DNA from: Eledone cirrhosa
Taxonomy: Eukaryota
Length of the DNA: 64,000 bases
Reading direction: 5' to 3'
Assembly: GCA_964016885.1 (NCBI GenBank)
Contig: OZ024756.1
Location: 27,528,001-27,592,000 of the forward strand
Under the pieces are notes generated by a model. It did no database searches, was not told the origin of the DNA, and saw nothing but the letters and a program-made list of their open reading frames with translations. The position numbers and the translations under genes are program-made. This document shows, piece by piece, positions 61,013 to 64,000 of the stretch (positions are counted from its first letter, which is position 1; each line of letters starts with the position of its first letter).

Positions 61013-63182
61013 GGTTATTAGGTGGGTTGTAATATGTAATAAACTTTACATAAGCTTTACGAATAAATAAGGAAAATATGTTTATTAAAAAATATAGACC
61101 ACCATTAAATATAGTCTAATATAGATTAATATGTTAATACCATACCATGCTAACCATCCAAACAGACTCATACATAAACACACACACACATAACACCCTC
61201 TTCTATATTCGAAAAAACCCCCGAGCTAAATAGATCTTAAGATACGTTAATACTCTAACACCTTAACATGCTAACCATACCCCCCACATACACATACACA
61301 CACGCACATAACACTCACCCACACACATAACTCCCTCCCTCATTTCTATTACTGGAATCCTTTTTCTACACACACACACACACACACACAAATATATATT
61401 CTCTACCCTGTCGCCACCTTAACATGCTAACCATACTTCTCCCCCACACACACACTTATAACACCCATATACACACACACATAACTCCCTTTTCAATTTC
61501 TACTAATGGAATCATTTTCCTACACACACACACATACACACATACACACACACACACGCACACACACACACGCACGCACGCACGCGCACACACACATCAG
61601 CACACAAATAAAAATATATATCTCTATTTTCTTTATATCAATATCTGAATTAATTCAATGTCTGAATGTTGACACCTCAGCACATCATCCATACTCACTG
61701 AACCAGAACAATTCTCCCCATCCATTTTTTTCTTGACCATTATCTTTTGTTTGGCACAAAACTCTCTATGACAAATCATGTGACTGTGAAAACGGCTACA
61801 AAGAACCCCCAAATACGAACTGGCGCGAAATTTAATGTACTTATTCACGTGACAGTCATAACCAATCAAATTACATTTATAAAATAACATTTTTCAGCCA
61901 CTTTTTTAAGTGAAAATGACAATAAAGAACCCTCAAACACGAACCGGTGCGAAAGTTGATGTGCTTATTCACGTGACTGCATCAATCAACCAACCAAATT
62001 TCACTCATATATGAAAAAACAATCTGAGCCTCTGATCTTTTTTTTAAAAGGCAAATACAATAAGAACTTTGTAACGCGAACTGGCGCGAAATTTATTATT
62101 CTTATTCACATGACAGTCATCAACCAACCAAATTACTTTCCTAAAATACCTAGTATTTCGAGCCACCTTTTTCCACATAAAACAGAAGTAGCATTCGAAC
62201 ACCAACCAGATGCGAGAAAAACCACAAACCCTCCATCTCAATTCTACTTTTGAAAAAAACCCTGATTTTCTTATATACATATATGTACATATATATATAT
62301 ACATATATGTTTGTGTGCGTGTATATGTGTGCAAAAATAACTAAATATAAATGGAAAAGAATGAAACGAAATTTCATTTCTCACTCTTAGTACGGCTTAT
62401 ACTTAAATGTAAGTATGTATGTATACGTACATACATATATGTATACAGACGTACAGTAGTATGTATATATATATATACATACATGCACACATATATATGT
62501 ACGTATGGGTTTACCGAACATTTATTATAATGTTCGGTTTGTTTGTAAACAAACAGCCTGAATTACGCCGTACAGTGTTCAGGCAACCATCGTCGCCTTT
62601 TTGTTCAACACTGACACAGGAACGATGTACTAGTTTCAAGCTTATTAGCTATCGTCAGCATCGTATACCTTCCTGTCAGATGATTGAAGTCTGAAAGTAT
62701 ATACTTTCCTTATGCGCATTAACGGCTGAGCAGCCTAATTTGCATATCGAGTGAGTTAGTCGGCCGGGCGCACCGAAAACGATAAATGGAAAAGAATGAA
62801 ACGAAATACATACTTACATTTAAATAAATATATATATACATATATATACTTTTTTATGATTTATTGCTAAAGAATAAAAGATAATGATAAAATAAAAATG
62901 TATTTTCTAAATAAAACGAGGCCTCAGTGTTGGGAGGGCTGAACTATAGCTTATTGAACTCATACGTACTTCTACCACTGATGTGAATGCTGGACTCTGA
63001 CGGTGCAGACAAACGAAAACCTGGATGCAGGCAGCAGAGCTGAACGGCATATGGCTGGTTAAGGGTTGCCATCAGGGAGGAATCAGGTAGGAAGAATATC
63101 CCGAGAGTCATAGAAGAGGTCCAACTCCGGTGGTATGGTTACATCTGGCGTAAGGGTGATTCAAGAGTCCTGATGAGATGGT

Positions 63183-63686
63183 TCACACCACCACCACCAC
63201 CACCACCACCACCACCACCACCACCACCACCACCACCACCACCACCACCAACAACAACAACAATACCGACAACAACACTACCATCACCACTAACAACACC
63301 ACCATCATGATCACAACCACTACCAACACCAACAACAACAACAACATCAACAATACCAACACCAACACCAACACCACCATCACCACCACCATCACCACCA
63401 CCACCACCACCACCACCACGAACAACAACAACACCATCATCACCACCACCACCACCACGAACAACAACACCATCATCACTACCTCCACCACCACCACCAC
63501 CACCACCACCACACCACCAACAACAACAACAACAACACCAACATCACCAACAACACCACCACCACTACTACCGCCGCCAACAAGAACAACAACAATAGCA
63601 ACACCACCAACAACACGAACAACACCATCATCACCACCAGCACCACCAACAACAACAACACCACCACCACCACCGCCGTCAACAAT
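63183..63686. repeat. (CAC)n/(CAA)n trinucleotide low-complexity tract
   Basis: Pure and mixed CAC/CAA/CAT repeats running into a SINE at 63689. Confidence 0.95.
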
Positions 63687-64000
63687 TAGAATTGGCAGTA
63701 TCGGTAAAGCGTCGGACCCCATGCCACTTGGTGTAGGGTTACGGCTCTTTAAGTTCTGAGTTCAAATGCCACCGAGGTTAGCTTTTGCCTTTTATTCTTA
63801 CGAGGGGTCGATAAAATAAAGTACAGGAAGGCGCTGGGGTGGGGTTAATCGACTTTCCCCTCCTCTGAAAATTGTTGACCTTGCACTTAAATTAGAAACC
63901 ATTACATGAACCGTAGTCATACATTTCTTAGGCCCACGATCGTATGGTCATGATTTTGATTCTCGGACCAAGTGACATGTGGTGCCATTAATCAAGACAC

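Noticed and set aside
63178-63759. 193-aa Thr/Asn/Pro-rich ORF (mucin-like) and its antisense poly-Val ORF
   Set aside because: Products of a CAC/CAA microsatellite running into a SINE; no splice or domain support.

Overview
AT-rich, repeat-dense animal genomic DNA. The SINE types suggest an octopod cephalopod (inference, from recall of those families). One protein-coding gene can be assembled by hand: a + strand Aurora kinase with 7 coding exons (20384-43041, 1005 nt, 334 aa). It has a probable non-coding first exon and a CCAAT/CHR/MYB-type promoter near 14.3-14.6 kb. The rest is mobile DNA: about 20 copies of one tRNA-derived SINE, CORE-type SINEs, RTE, CRE, Tx1/L1 and R4-like LINE fragments, Penelope-like elements, a deleted piggyBac with its MITEs, a hAT element nested in a MITE, Helitrons, foldback elements and minisatellites. 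The most notable signals are: (1) two type I hammerhead ribozymes in direct repeat 331 nt apart around a hairpin-rich spacer, a retrozyme-like unit (54771-55208); (2) several more hammerheads tied to Penelope-like elements; (3) a foldback transposon in Aurora intron 1 whose two arms each carry a canonical histone-mRNA 3' stem-loop. All calls were made by eye; no searches or folding programs were run.
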